64,000 nucleotides of DNA from Eledone cirrhosa (lineage: Eukaryota): assembly GCA_964016885.1 (NCBI GenBank), contig OZ024740.1, positions 3,162,001 through 3,226,000 on the forward strand. Reading direction: 5' to 3'. Positions 44,001-60,517 of this stretch are shown one piece after another (within the stretch, counting starts at the first letter, position 1; the number at the start of each line of letters is the position of its first letter). The notes below the pieces were generated by a model. That model ran no database searches, was not told the origin of the DNA, and was given only the letters and a program-made list of their open reading frames with translations. The translations under genes were made by a program, and so were the position numbers.

Positions 44001-47000
44001 TCACTGAAACCTCACTAGACCTCACTAATACCTCACTAATACCTCACTAGACCTCACTAATACCTCACTAATACCTCACTAATACCTCACTAGACCTCAC
44101 TAATACCTCACTAATACCTCACTAATACCTCACTAGACCTCACTAATACCTCACTAATACCTCACTAGACCTCACTTATATCTCACTGAAACCTCACTAG
44201 ACCTCACTAATACCTCACTAATACCTCACTAATACCTCACTAGACCGCACTAATACCTCACTAGACCTCACTAATACCTCACTAATACGTCACTAATACC
44301 TCACTAGACCTCACTAATACCTCACTAATACCTCACTAGACCTCACTTATACCTCACTGAAACCTCACTAATACCTCACTAGAGCTCACTAATACCTCAC
44401 TAATACCTCACTAATACCTCACTAATACCTCACTAGACCTCACTAATACCTCACTAATACCTCACCAATACCTCACTAGACCTCACTAATACCTCACTAA
44501 TACCTCACTAGACCTCACTAATACCTCACTAGACCTCATTAATACCTCACTAATACCTCACTAATACCTCACTAATACCTCACTAATACCTCACTAATAC
44601 CTCACTAATATCTCACTAGACCTCACTAGACCTTACTAAACCTCACTATTACCTCACTAATACCTCAGTAATATCTTACTAGACCTCACTAATACTTGAC
44701 TAATACCTTACTAATACCTCACTAGATCTTACTAATACATTAGTAATACCTCACTAATACCTAGTTAGACCTCACTAGACCTCACTAATACCTCACTAGT
44801 CTTCACTAATAACTCACTAATAGCTCACTACATCCCACTAATACCTAGCTAGACCTCACTAAACCTCACTAGACCTCACTAATACTTCACTAATACCTCA
44901 CAAGACCTCACTAGTACCTCACTAATACCGCACTAATACCTCACTAAACCCTACTAATATCTCACTAATCCTCACTAATAGCTCACTAGACCTCACTAGA
45001 CTTCACTAGACCTCACTAATACCTCACTAATACCTCACTAGACCTCACTAATACCTCACTAGACCTCACTTATACCTCACTAGACCTCACTTATACCACA
45101 CTAATACCTCACTCGACCTCATTAATACCTCACTAATACCTCACTAATACCTCACTAATACCTCACTAATACCTCACTAGACCTGATTAATGCCTCACTA
45201 ATACCTCACTAATACCTCACTAATACCTCACTAATACCTCACTAGACCTCACTAGACCTCACTAAACCTCATTAATACCTCTCTTATACCTGACAATTAC
45301 CTCACTAATACCTCACTAGACCTCACTAAACCTCACTAATACCTCACTAGACCTCACTAATACCTCACTAGACCTCACTAATACCTCACTAATACCTCAC
45401 TAATACCTCACTAATACCTCACTAGACCTCACTAATACCTCACTAATACCTCACTAGACCTCACTAATACCTCACTAATACCTCACTAATACCTCACTAG
45501 ACCTCACTAATACCTCACTAATACCTACCTCACTAGACCTCACTTATACCTCACTAATACATCACTATACTTCACTAATACCTCACTAATACCTCACTAG
45601 ACCTCACTAATACCTCACTAATACCTCACTAATACCTCACTAATACCTCACTAGACCTCACTATTACCTCACTAATACCTCACTAGACCTCACTTATACC
45701 TCACTAATACCTCACTAATACCTCACTAGACCTCACTAATACCTCACTAATACCTCACTAGACCTCACTAATACCTCACTAGACCTCATTAATACCTCAC
45801 TAATACCTCACTAATACCTCACTAATACCTCACTAATACCTCACTAGACCTCACTAGACCTTACTAAACCTCACTAATACCTCACTATTACCTCACTAAT
45901 ACCTCAGTAATATCTCACTAGACCTCACTAATACTTGACTAATACCTTACTAATACTTCACTAGATCTTACTAATACCTTACTAATACCTCACTAATACC
46001 TAGTTAGACCTCACTAGACCTCACTAATACCTCACTAGTCTCCACTAATAACTCACTAATAGCTCACTACATCCCACTAATACCTCACTAATACCTCACT
46101 ACTACCTCACTAGACATCATTAATACCACACTAATACCTCACTAGACCTCACTAATACCTCACTAATACCTCACTAATACCTCACTAGTACCTCACTAGA
46201 CCTCACTAATACCTCACTAATACCTCACTAATACCTCACTAGACCTCACTAATACCTCACTAATACCCCACTATTACCTCACTAATACCTCACTAGACCT
46301 TACTAATACCTCACTAATACCTCACTAGACCTCACTAAAACCTCACTAATACCTCACTAGACCTCACTTATACCTCACTAATACTTCACGATACCTCACT
46401 AATACCTCACTAGACCTCACTAATACCTCACTAATACGTCACTAATACCTCTCTAATACCTCACTAGACCTCACTATTACCTCACTAATACCTCACTAGA
46501 CCTCACTTATACCTCACTAATACCTCACTAATACCTCACTATACCTCACTAATACCTCACTAATACCTCACTAGACCTCACTAATACCTCACTAATACCT
46601 CACTAGGCCTCACTAATACCTCACTAATACCTCACTAATACCTCACTAATACCTCACTAATACCTCTCTAATACCTCACTAGACCTCACTATTACCTCAC
46701 TTATACCTCACTAGACCTCACTAATACCTCACTAGACCTCACTAATACCTCACTAGACCTCATTAATGCCTCACTAATACCTCACTAATACCTCACTAAT
46801 ACCTCACAAATACCTCACTAATACCTCACTAGACCTCACTCGACCTCACTAAACCTCATTAATACCTCTCTTATACCTCACAATTACCTCACTAATACCT
46901 CACTAGACCTCACTAAACCTCACTAATACCTCACTATACCTCACTAATACCTCACTAATACCTCACTAGACCTCACTAATACCTCACTAATACCTCACTA

Positions 47001-50000
47001 GGCCTCACTAATACCTCACTAATACCTCACTAATACCTCACTAGACCTCACTAATACCTCACTAATACCTCACTAGACCTCACTAATACCTCACTATACC
47101 TAACTAATACCTCACTAATACCTCACTAGACCTCACTATTACCTCACTAATACCTCACTAGACCTCACTTATGCCTCACTAATACCTCACTAATACCTCA
47201 CTAGACCTCACTAATACCTCACTAATACCTCACTAGACCTCACTAATACCTCACTAATACCTCACTAATACCTCACTAGACCTCACTAATACCTCACTAA
47301 AACCTCACTAGACCTCACTAATACCTCACTAGACCTCACTAATACCTCACTAATACCTCACTAATATCTCACTGAAACCTCACTAGACCTCACTAATACC
47401 TCACTAGACCTCACTAATACATCTCTAATACCTCACTAGACCTCACTAATACCTCACTAATAACTCACTAATACCTCACTAGACCTCACTTATATCTCAC
47501 TGAAACCTCACTAGACCTCACTAATACCTCACTAATACCTCACTAGACCTCACTAATACCTCACTAATACCTCACTAATACCTCACTAATACCTCACTAG
47601 ACCTCACTAATACCTCACTAATACCTCACTAATATCTCACTGAAACCTCACTAGACCTCACTAATACCTCACTAGACCTCACTAATACATCTCTAATACC
47701 TCACTAGACCTCACTAATAGCTCACTAATACCTCACTAATACCTCACTAGACCTCACTAATACCTCACTAATACCTCACTAGACCTCACTAATACCTCAC
47801 TAATACCTCACTAATACCTCACTAGACCTCACTAATACCTCACTAAAACCTCACTAGACCTCACTAATACCTCACTAGACCTCACTAATACCTCACTAAT
47901 AACTCACTAATACCTCACTAGACCTCACTAATACCTCACTAATACCTCACTAGACCTCACTTATACCTCACTAATACCTCACTAATACCTCACTAATACC
48001 TCACTAATACCTCACTAATACCTCACTAGACCTCACTAATACCTCACTAATACCTCACTAATACCTCACTAATACCTCACTAGACCTCACTAATACCTCA
48101 CTAATACCTCACTAATACCTCACTAATACCTCACTAATACCTCAGTAATATCTCACTAGACCTCACTAATACTTGACTAATACCTTACTAATACCTCACT
48201 AGATCTTACTAATACCTTACTAATACCTCACTAATACCTAGTTAGACCTCACTAGACCTCAGTAATACCTCACTAGTCTTCACTAATAACTCACTAATAG
48301 CTCACTACATCCCACTAATACCTCACTAATACCTAGCTAGACCTCACTAATACCGCACTAATACCTCACTAAACCCTACTAATATCTCACTAATCCTCAC
48401 TAATAGCTCACTAGACTTCACTAGACCTCACTAGACCTCACTAGACCTCACTAATACCTCACTAGACCTCATTAATACCTCACTAATACCTCACTAATAC
48501 CTCACTAATACCTCACTAATACCTCACTAGACCTCATTAATGCCTCACTAATACCTCACTAATACCTCACTAATACCTCACTAATACCTCACTAATACCT
48601 CACTAATACCTCACTAGACCTCACTAGACCTCACTAAACCTCATTAATACCTCTCTTATACCTCACAATTACCTCACTAATACCTCACTAGACCTCACTA
48701 AACCTCACTAATACCTCACTAGACCTCACTAATACCTCACTAGACCTCACTAATACCTCACTAATACCTCACTAATGCCTCTCTAATACCTCACTAGACC
48801 TCACTAATACCTCACTAATACCTCACTAGACCTCACTAATACCTCACTAATACCTCACTAGACCTCACTTATACCTCACTAATACATCACTATACTTCAC
48901 TAATACCTCACTAATACCTCACTAGACCTCACTAATACCTCACTAATACCTCACTAATACCTCACTAATACCTCACTATACCTCACTAATACCTCACTAA
49001 TACCTCACTAGACCTCACTAATACCTCACTAATACCTCATTAGACCTCACTAATACCTCACTAATACCTCACTAATACCTCAGTAATACCTCACTAGACC
49101 TCACTAGACCTTACTAAACCTCACTAATACCTCACTAATACCTCACTATTACCTCACTAATACCTCAGTAATATCTCACTAGACCTCACTAATACTTGAC
49201 TAATACCTTACTAATACCTCACTAGATCTTACTAATACCTTACTAATACCTCACTAATACCTAGTTAGACCTCACTAGACCTCACTAATACCTCACTAGT
49301 CTCCACTAATAACTTACTAATAGCTCACTACATCCCACTAATACCTCACTAATACCTCACTAATACCTCACTAGACATCACTAATACCACACTAATACCT
49401 CACTAGACCTCACTAATACCTCACTAATACCTCACTAATACCTCACTAATACCTCACTAGACCTCACTAATACCTCACTAATACCTCACTAGACCTCACT
49501 AATACCTCACTAATACCTCACTATTACCTCACTAATACCTCACTAGACCTTACTAATACCTCACTAATACCTCACTAGACCTCACTAAAATCTCACTAAT
49601 ACCTCACTAGACCTCACTTATACCTCACTAATACTTCACTATACCTCACTAATACCTCACTAATACCTCACTAATACCTCACTAGACCTCACTAATACCT
49701 CGCTAATACCTCACTAATATGTCACTAATACCTCTCTAATACCTCACTAGACCTCACTATTACCTCACTAATACCTCACTAGACCTCACTTATACCTCAC
49801 TAATACCTCACTAATACCTCACTATACCTCACTAATACCTCACTAATACCTCACTAGACCTCACTAATACCTCACTAATACCTCACTAGACCTCACTAAT
49901 ACCTCACTAATACCTCACTAATACCTCACTAATACCTCTCTAATACCTCACTAGACCTCACTATTACCTCACTTATACCTCACTAGACCTCACTAATACC

Positions 50001-53000
50001 TCACTAGACCTCACTAATACCTCACTAGACCTCATTAATGCCTCACTAATACCTCACTAATACCTCACTAATACCTCACTAATACCTCACTAGACCTCAC
50101 TCGACCTCACTAAACCTCACTAATACCTCACTAATACCTCACTATTACCTCATTAGACCTCACTAATACCTCACTAATACCTCACTAGACCTCACTAATA
50201 CCTCACTATACCTCACTAATACCTCACTAATACCTCACTAGACCTCACTAATACCTCACTAATACCTCACTAATACCTCACTAATACCTCACTAGACCTC
50301 ACTAATACCTCACTAATACCTCACTAGACCTCACTTATACCTCACTAATACATCACTATCCTTCACTAATACCTCACTAATGCCTCACTAGACCTCACTA
50401 ATACCTCACTAATACCTCACTAATACCTCACTAATACCTCACTATACCTCACTATTACCTCACTAATACCTCACTAGACCTCACTTATACCTCACTAATA
50501 CCTCACTAATACCTCACTAATACCTCACTATACCTCACTAATACCTCACTAATACCTCACTAGACCTCACTAATACATCACTAATACCTAATTAAACCTC
50601 ACTAATACCTCACTAATACCTCACTAATACCTCACTAGACCTCACTAATACCTCACTAATACCTCACTAGACCTCACTAATACCTCACTAATACCTCACT
50701 AATACCTCACTAGACCTCACTAATACCTCACTAAAACCTCACTAGACCTCAATAATACCTCACTAGACCTCACTAATACCTCACTAATAACTCACTAATA
50801 CCTCACTAGACCTCACTAATACCTCACTAATACCTCACTAGACCTCACTTATACCTCACTAATACCTCACTAATACCTCACTAATACCTCACTAATACCT
50901 CACTAGACCTCACTAATACCTCACTAATACCTCACTAATACCTCACCAATACCTCACTAGACCTCACTAATACCTCACTAATACCTCACTAATAACTCAC
51001 TAATACCTCACTAATACCTCACTAATACCTCAGTAATATCTCACTAGACCTCACTAATACTTGACTAATACCTTACTAATACCTCACTAGATCTTACTAA
51101 TACCTTACTAATACCTCACTAATACCTAGTTAGACCTCACTAGACCTCAGTAATACCTCACTAGTCTTCACTAATAACTCACTAATAGCTCACTACATCC
51201 CACTAATACCTCACTAATACCTAGCTAGACCTCACTAATACCGCACTAATACCTCACTAAACCCTACTAATATCTCACTAATCCTCACTAATAGCTCACT
51301 AGACCTCACTAGACCTCACTAGACCTCACTAGACCTCACTAATACCTCACTAGACCTCATTAATACCTCACTAATACCTCACTAATACCTCACTAATACC
51401 TCACTAATACCTCACTAGACCTCATTAATGCCTCACTAATACCTCACTAATACCTCACTAATACCTCACTAATACCTCACTAATACCTCACTAGACCTCA
51501 CTAGACCTCACTAAACCTCATTAATACCTCTCTTATACCTCACAATTACCTCACTAATACCTCACTAGACCTCACTAAACCTCACTAATACCTCACTAGA
51601 CCTCACTAATACCTCACTAGACCTCACTAATACCTCACTAATACCTCACTAATGCCTCTCTAATACCTCACTAGACCTCACTAATACCTCACTAATACCT
51701 CACTAGACCTCACTAATACCTCACTAATACCTCACTAGACCTCACTTATACCTCACTAATACATCACTATACTTCACTAATACCTCACTAATACCTCACT
51801 AGACCTCACTAATACCTCACTAATACCTCACTAATACCTCACTAATACCTCACTATACCTCACTAATACCTCACTAATACCTCACTAGACCTCACTAATA
51901 CCTCACTAATACCTCATTAGACCTCACTAATACCTCACTAATACCTCACTAATACCTCAGTAATACCTCACTAGACCTCACTAGACCTTACTAAACCTCA
52001 CTAATACCTCACTAATACCTCACTATTACCTCACTAATACCTCAGTAATATCTCACTAGACCTCACTAATACTTAACTAATACCTTACTAATACCTCACT
52101 AGATCTTACTAATACCTTACTAATACCTCACTAATACCTAGTTAGACCTCACTAGACCTCACTAATACCTCACTAGTCTCCACTAATGACTTACTAATAG
52201 CTCACTACATCCCACTAATACCTCACTAATACCTCACTAATACCTCACTAGACATCACTAATACCACACTAATACCTCACTAGACCTCACTAATACCTCA
52301 CTAATACCTCACTAATACCTCACTAATACCTCACTAGACCTCACTAATACCTCACTAATACCTCACTAGACCTCACTAATACCTCACTAATACCTCACTA
52401 TTACCTCACTAATACCTCACTAGACCTTACTAATACCTCACTAATACCTCACTAGACCTCACTAAAATCTCACTAATACCTCACTAGACCTCACTTATAC
52501 CTCACTAATACTTCACTATACCTCACTAATACCTCACTAATACCTCACTAGACCTCACTAATACCTCACTAATACCTCACTAATATGTCACTAATACCTC
52601 TCTAATACCTCACTAGACCTCACTATTACCTCACTAATACCTCACTAGACCTCACTTATACCTCACTAATACCTCACTAATACCTCACTATACCTCACTA
52701 ATACCTCACTAATACCTCACTAGACCTCACTAATACCTCACTAATACCTCACTAGACCTCACTAATACCTCACTAATACCTCACTAATACCTCACTAATA
52801 CCTCTCTAATACCTCACTAGACCTCACTATTACCTCACTTATACCTCACTAGACCTCACTAATACCTCACTAGACCTCACTAATACCTCACTAGACCTCA
52901 TTGATGCCTCACTAATACCTCACTAATACCTCACTAATACCTCACTAATACCTCACTAGACCTCACTCGACCTCACTAAACCTCATTAATACCTCTCTTA

Positions 53001-56000
53001 TACCTCACAATTACCTCACTAATACCTCACTAGACCTCACTAAACCTCACTAATACCTCACTAATACCTCACTATTACCTCATTAGACCTCACTAATACC
53101 TCACTAATACCTCACTAGACCTCACTAATACCTCACTATACCTCACTAATACCTCACTAATACCTCACTAGACCTCACTAATACCTCACTAATACCTCAC
53201 TAATACCTCACTAATACCTCACTAGACCTCACTAATACCTCACTAATACCTCACTAGACCTCACTTATACCTCACTAATACATCACTATCCTTCACTAAT
53301 ACCTCACTAATGCCTCACTAGACCTCACTAATACCTCACTAATACCTCACTAATACCTCACTAATACCTCACTATACCTCACTATTACCTCACTAATACC
53401 TCACTAGACCTCACTTATACCTCACTAATACCTCACTAATACCTCACTAATACCTCACTATACCTCACTAATACCTCACTAATACCTCACTAGACCTCAC
53501 TAATACATCACTAATACCTAATTAAACCTCACTAATACCTCACTAATACCTCACTAATACCTCACTGGACCTCACTAATACCTCACTAATACTTAACTAG
53601 ACCTCACTTATATCTCACTGAAACCTCACTGATACCTCACTAGAGCTCACTAATACCTCACTAATACCTCACTAATACCTCACTAATACCTCACTAGATC
53701 TCACTAATACCTCACTAATACCTCACTAATACCTCACTAGACCTCACTAATACCTCACTAATACCTCACTAGACCTCACTAATACCTCACTAGACCTCAT
53801 TAATACCTCACTAATACCTCACTAATACCTCACTAATACCTCACTAATACCTCACTAGACCTCACTAGACCTTACTAAACCTCACTAATACCTCACTAAT
53901 ACCTCACTATTACCTCACTAATACCTCAGTAATATCTCACTAGACCTCACTAATACTTGACTAATACCTTACTAATACCTCACTAGATCTTACTAATACC
54001 TTACTAATACCTCACTAATACCTAGTTGGACCTCACTAGACCTCACTAATACCCCACTAGACATCACTAATACCACACTAATACCTCACTAGACCTCACT
54101 AATACCTCACTAATACCTCACTAATACCTCACTAATACCTCACTAGACCTCACTAATACCTCACTAATACCTCACTAATACCTCACTAGACCTCACTAAT
54201 ACCTCACTAATACCTCACTATTACCTCACTAATACCTCACTAGACCTTACTAATACCTCACTAATACCTCACTAGACCTCACTAAAACCTCACTAATACC
54301 TCACTAGACCTCACTTATACCTTACTAATACTTCACTATACCTCACTAATACCTCACTAATAGCTCACTAGACCTCACTAATACCTCACTAATACCTCAC
54401 TAATACGTCACTAATACCTCTCTAATACCTCACTAGACCTCACTATTACCTCACTAATACCTCACTAGACCTCACTTATACCTCACTAATACCTCACTAA
54501 TACCTCACTAATACCTCACTATAACTCACTAATACCTCACTAATACCTCACTAGACCTCACTAATACCTCACTAATACCTCACTAGACCTCACTAATACC
54601 TCACTAATACCTCACTAATACCTCACTAATACCTCTCTAATACCTAACTAGACCTCACTATTACCTCACTTATACCTCACTAGACCTCACTAATACCTCA
54701 CTAGACCTCACTAATACCTCACTAGACCTCATTAATGCCTCACTAATACCTCACTAATACCTCACTAATACCTCACAATTACCTCACTAATACCTCACTA
54801 GACCTCACTAAACCTCACTAATACCTCACTAATACCTCACTATTACCTCATTAGACCTCACTAATACCTCACTAATACCTCACTAGACCTCACTAATACC
54901 TCACTAATACCTCACTAATACCTCACTAATACCTCACTAGACCTCACTATTACCTCACTAATACCTCACTAGACCTCACTAATACCTCACTAATACCTCA
55001 CTAATACCTCACTAGACCTCACCAATACCTCAGTAATACCTCACTAGACCTCACTTATATCTCACTAATACCTCACTAATACCTCACTAATACCTCACTA
55101 GACCTCACTAATACCTCACTAATACCTCACTAGACCTCACTTATATCTCACTGAAACCTCACTAGACCTCACTAATACCTCACTAGACCTCACTAATACC
55201 TCACTAATACCTCACTAGACCTCACTAATACCTCACTAATACCTCACTAATACCTCACTAGACCTCACTAATACCTCACTAATACCTCACTAGACCTCAC
55301 TTATATCTCACTGAAACCTCACTAGACCTCACTAATACCTCACTAATACCTCACTAGACCTCACTAATACCTCACTAATACCTCACTAATACCTCACTAG
55401 ACCTCACTAATACCTCACTAATACCTCACTAGACCTCACTTATACCTCACTGAAACCTCACTAATACCTCACTAGAGCTCACTAATACCTCATTAATACC
55501 TCACTAATACCTCACTAATACCTCACTAGACATCACTAATACCTCACTAATACCTCACTAATACCTCACCAATACCTCACTAGACCTCACTAATACCTCA
55601 CTAATACCTCACTAGACCTCACTAATGCATCACTAGACCTCATTAATACCTCACTAATACCTCACTAATACCTCACTAATACCTCACTAATACCTCACTA
55701 ATACCTCACTAATACCTCACTAATACCTCACTAGACCTCACTAGACCTTACTAAACCTCACTAATACCTCACTAATACCTCACTATTACCTCACTAATAC
55801 CTCAGTAATATATTACTAGACCTCACTAATACTTGACTAATACCTTACTAATACCTCACTAGATCTTACTAATACCTTACTAATACCTCACTAATACCTA
55901 GTTAGACCTCACTAGACCTCACTAATACCTCACTAGTCTCCACTAATAACTTACTAATAGCTCACTACATCCCACTAATACCTCACTAATACCTCACTAA

Positions 56001-59000
56001 TACCTCACTAGACATCACTAATACCACACTAATACCTCACTAGACCTCACTAATACCTCACTAATACCTCACTAATACCTCACTAATACCTCACTAGACC
56101 TCACTAATACCTCACTAATACCTCACTAATACCTCACTAGACCTCACTAATACCTCACTAATACCTCACTATTACCTCACTAATACCTCACTAGACCTTA
56201 CTAATACCTCACTAATACCTCACTAGACCTCACTAAAACCTCACTAATACCTCACTAATACCTCACTAATACCTCTCTAATACCTCACTAGACCTCACTT
56301 ATACCTTACTAATACTTCACTATACCTCACTAATACCTCACTAATACCTCACTAGACCTCACTAATACCTCACTAATACCTCACTAATACCTCACTAATA
56401 CGTCACTAATACCTCTCTAATACCTCACTAGACCTCACTATTACCTCACTAATACCTCACTAGACCTCACTTATACCTCACTAATACCTCACTAATACCT
56501 CACTAATACCTCACTATACCTCACTAATACCTCACTAATACCTCACTAGACCTCACTAATACCTCACTAATACCTCACTAGACCTCACTAATACCTCACT
56601 AATACCTCACTAATACCTCACTAGACCTCACTATTACCTCTCTAATACCTCACTAGACCTCACTATTACCTCACTAATACCTCACTAATACCTCACTAAT
56701 ACCTCACTAATACCTCACTAATACCTCACTAGACCTCACTAATACCTCACTAATACCTCACTAGACCTCACTAATACCTCACTAGACCTCACTAATACCT
56801 CACTAGACCTCACTAATACCTCACTAGACCTCACTAATACCTCACTATACCTCACTAATACCTCACTAATACCTCACTAGACCTCACTAATACCTCACTA
56901 ATACCTCACTAATACCTCACTAATACCTCACTAGACATCACTAATACCTCACTAATACCTCACTAATACCTCACCAATACCTCACTAGACCTCACTAATA
57001 CCTCACTAATACCTCACTAGACCTCACTAATGCATCACTAGACCTCATTAATACCTCACTAATACCTCACTAATACCTCACTAATACCTCACTAATACCT
57101 CACTAATACCTCACTAATACCTCACTAGACCTCACTAGACCTTACTAAACCTCACTAATACCTCACTAATACCTCACTATTACCTCACTAATACCTCAGT
57201 AATATATTACTAGACCTCACTAATACTTGACTAATACCTTACTAATACCTCACTAGATCTTACTAATACCTCACTAATACCTCACTAGACCTCACTAATA
57301 CCTCACTAATACCTCACTAGACCTCACTAATACCTCACTAATACCTCACTAATACCTCACTAGACCTCACTATTACCTCTCTAATACCTCACTAATACCT
57401 CACTAGACCTCACTATTACCTCTCTAATACCTCACTAGACCTCACTAATACCTCACTATACCTCACTAATACCTCACTAATACCTCACTAGACCTCACTA
57501 ATACCTCACTAATACCTCACTAATACCCCACTAGACCTCACTCGACCTCACTAAACCTCATTAATACCTCTCTTATACCTCACAATTACCTCACTAATAC
57601 CTCACTAGACCTCACTAAACCTCACTAATACCTCACTAATACCTCACTAGACCTCACCAATACCTCAGTAATACCTCACTAGACCTCACTTATATCTCAC
57701 TAATACCTCACTAATACCTCACTAATACCTCACTAGACCTCACTAATACCTCACTAATACCTCACTAGACCTCACTTATATCTCACTGAAACCTCACTAG
57801 ACCTCACTAATACCTCACTAGACCTCACTAATACCTCACTAATACCTCACTAGACCTCACTAATACCTCACTAATACCTCACTAATACCTCACTAGACCT
57901 CACTAATACCTCACTAATACCTCACTAGACCTCACTTATATCTCACTGAAACCTCACTAGACCTCACTAATACCTCACTAATACCTCACTAGACCTCACT
58001 AATACCTCACTAATACCTCACTAATACCTCACTAGACCTCACTAATACCTCACTAGACCTCACTAATACCTCACTAATACCTCACTAATACCTCACTAGA
58101 CCTCACTTATACCTCACTGAAACCTCACTAATACCTCACTAGAGCTCACTAATACCTCATTAATACCTCACTAATACCTCACTAATACCTCACTAGACAT
58201 CACTAATACCTCACTAATACCTCACCAATACCTCACTAGACCTCACTAATACCTCACTAATACCTCACTAGACCTCACTAATGCCTCACTAGACCTCATT
58301 AATACCTCACTAATACCTCACTAATACCTCACTAATACCTCACTAATACCTCACTAATACCTCACTAATATCTCACTAGACCTCACTAGACCTTACTAAA
58401 CCTCACTATTACCTCACTAATACCTCAGTAATATCTCACTAGACCTCACTAATACTTGACTAATACCTTACTAATACCTCACTAGATCTTACTAATACCT
58501 TACTAATACCTCACTAATACCTAGTTAGACCTCACTGGTACCTCACTAGTCTTCACTAATAACTCACTAATAGCTCACTACATCCCACTAATACCTCACT
58601 AATACCTAGCTAGACCTCACTAAACCTCACTAGACCTCACTAATACCTCACTAATACCTCACTAGACTTCACTAATACTTCACTAATACCTCACAAGACC
58701 TCACTAGTACCTCACTAATACCGCACTAATACCTCACTAAACCCTACTAATATCTCACTAATCCTCACTAATATCTCACTAGACCTCACTAGACCTCACT
58801 AGACCTCACTAATACCTCACTAATACCTCACTAGACCTCACTAATACCTCACTAGACCTCACTTATACCTCACTAGACCTCACTTATACCTCACTAATAC
58901 CTCACTAGACCTCATTAATACCTCACTATTACCTCACTAATACCTCACTAAACCTCATTAATGCCTCACTAATACCTCACTAATACCTCACTAATACCTC

Positions 59001-60517
59001 ACTAATACCTCACTAAACCTCACTAATACCTCACTAGACCTCACTAATACCTCACTAGACCTCACTAATACCTCACTAATACCTCACTATTACCTCACTA
59101 ATACCTCACTAGACCTCACTAATACCTCACTAATACCTCACTAGACCTCACTAATACCTCACTAATACCTCACTAGACCTCACTAATACCTCACTAATAC
59201 CTCACTAATACCTCACTAATACCTCACTAGACCTCACTAATACCTCACTAATACCTCACTAGACCTCACTTATACCTCACTAATACTTCACTAATACCTC
59301 ACTAATACCTCACTAGACCTCACTTATACCTCACTAATACCTCACTAATATCTCACTATACCTCACTAATACCTCACTATTACCTCACTAATACCTCACT
59401 AGACCTCACTAATACCTCACTAATACCTCACTAGACCTCACTAATACCTCACTAATACCTCACTAGACCTCACTAATACCTCACTAATACCTCACTAATA
59501 CCTCACTAATACCTCACTAGACCTCACTAATACCTCACTAATACCTCACTAGACCTCACTAATACCTCACTAATACCTCACTAGACCTCACTAATACCTC
59601 ACTAATACCTCACTAATACCTCACTAATACCTCACTAGTCCTCACTAATACCTCACTAATACCTCACTAGACATCACTTATACCTCACTAGACCTCACTA
59701 ATACCTCACTAATACCTCACTAATACCTCACTAATACCTCACTAGACCTCACTAATACCTCACTAATACCTCACTAATACCTCACTAATACCTCACTAGA
59801 CCTCACTTATACCTCACTAATACTTCACTAATACCTCACTAATGCCTCACTAATACCTCTCTAATACCTCACTAGACCTCACTATCACCTCACTAATACC
59901 TCACTAGACCTCACTTATACCTCACTAATACCTCACTAATACCTCACTATACCTCACTAATACCTCACTAATACCTCACTAGACCTCACTAATACCTCAC
60001 TAGACCTCACTATACCTCACTAATACCTCACTAATACCTCACTTATACCTCACTAATACCTCACTAATACCTCACTAATACCTCACTAATACATCACTAA
60101 TACCTCACTAATACCTCACTAATACCTCACTAATACCTCACTAGACCTCACTAATACCTCACTAATACCTCACTAATACCTCACTAGACCTCACTAATAC
60201 CTCACTAGACCTCCCTTATACCTTACTAATACCTCACTAATACCTCACTAATACTTGACTAATACCTGACTAATACCTCACTAGACCTCACTAATACCTT
60301 ACTAATACCTCACTTATACTTCACTAGACCTCACTAGACCTCTCTAGACCTCACTATTACCTCACTAATACCTCACTAATACCTTACTAATACCTCACTA
60401 ATACCTCACTAATACGTCACTAGACCTCGCTAGATCTCACTAATATCTCACTAATCCCTCATTAGACCTCACTAATACCTCACTAATATCTAATTAATCC
60501 CTCACTAGACCTCTCTA
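11001..60517. repeat. Satellite array, right of the LINE (~49.5 kb; same 11/10-bp monomer family) with irregular higher-order structure
   Basis: Uninterrupted tandem monomers. The landmark cassette CAGTAATATCTCACTAGACCTCACTAATACTTGACTAATACCTTAC recurs dozens of times. The array decays into unique sequence at ~60490-60517. Confidence 0.98.
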
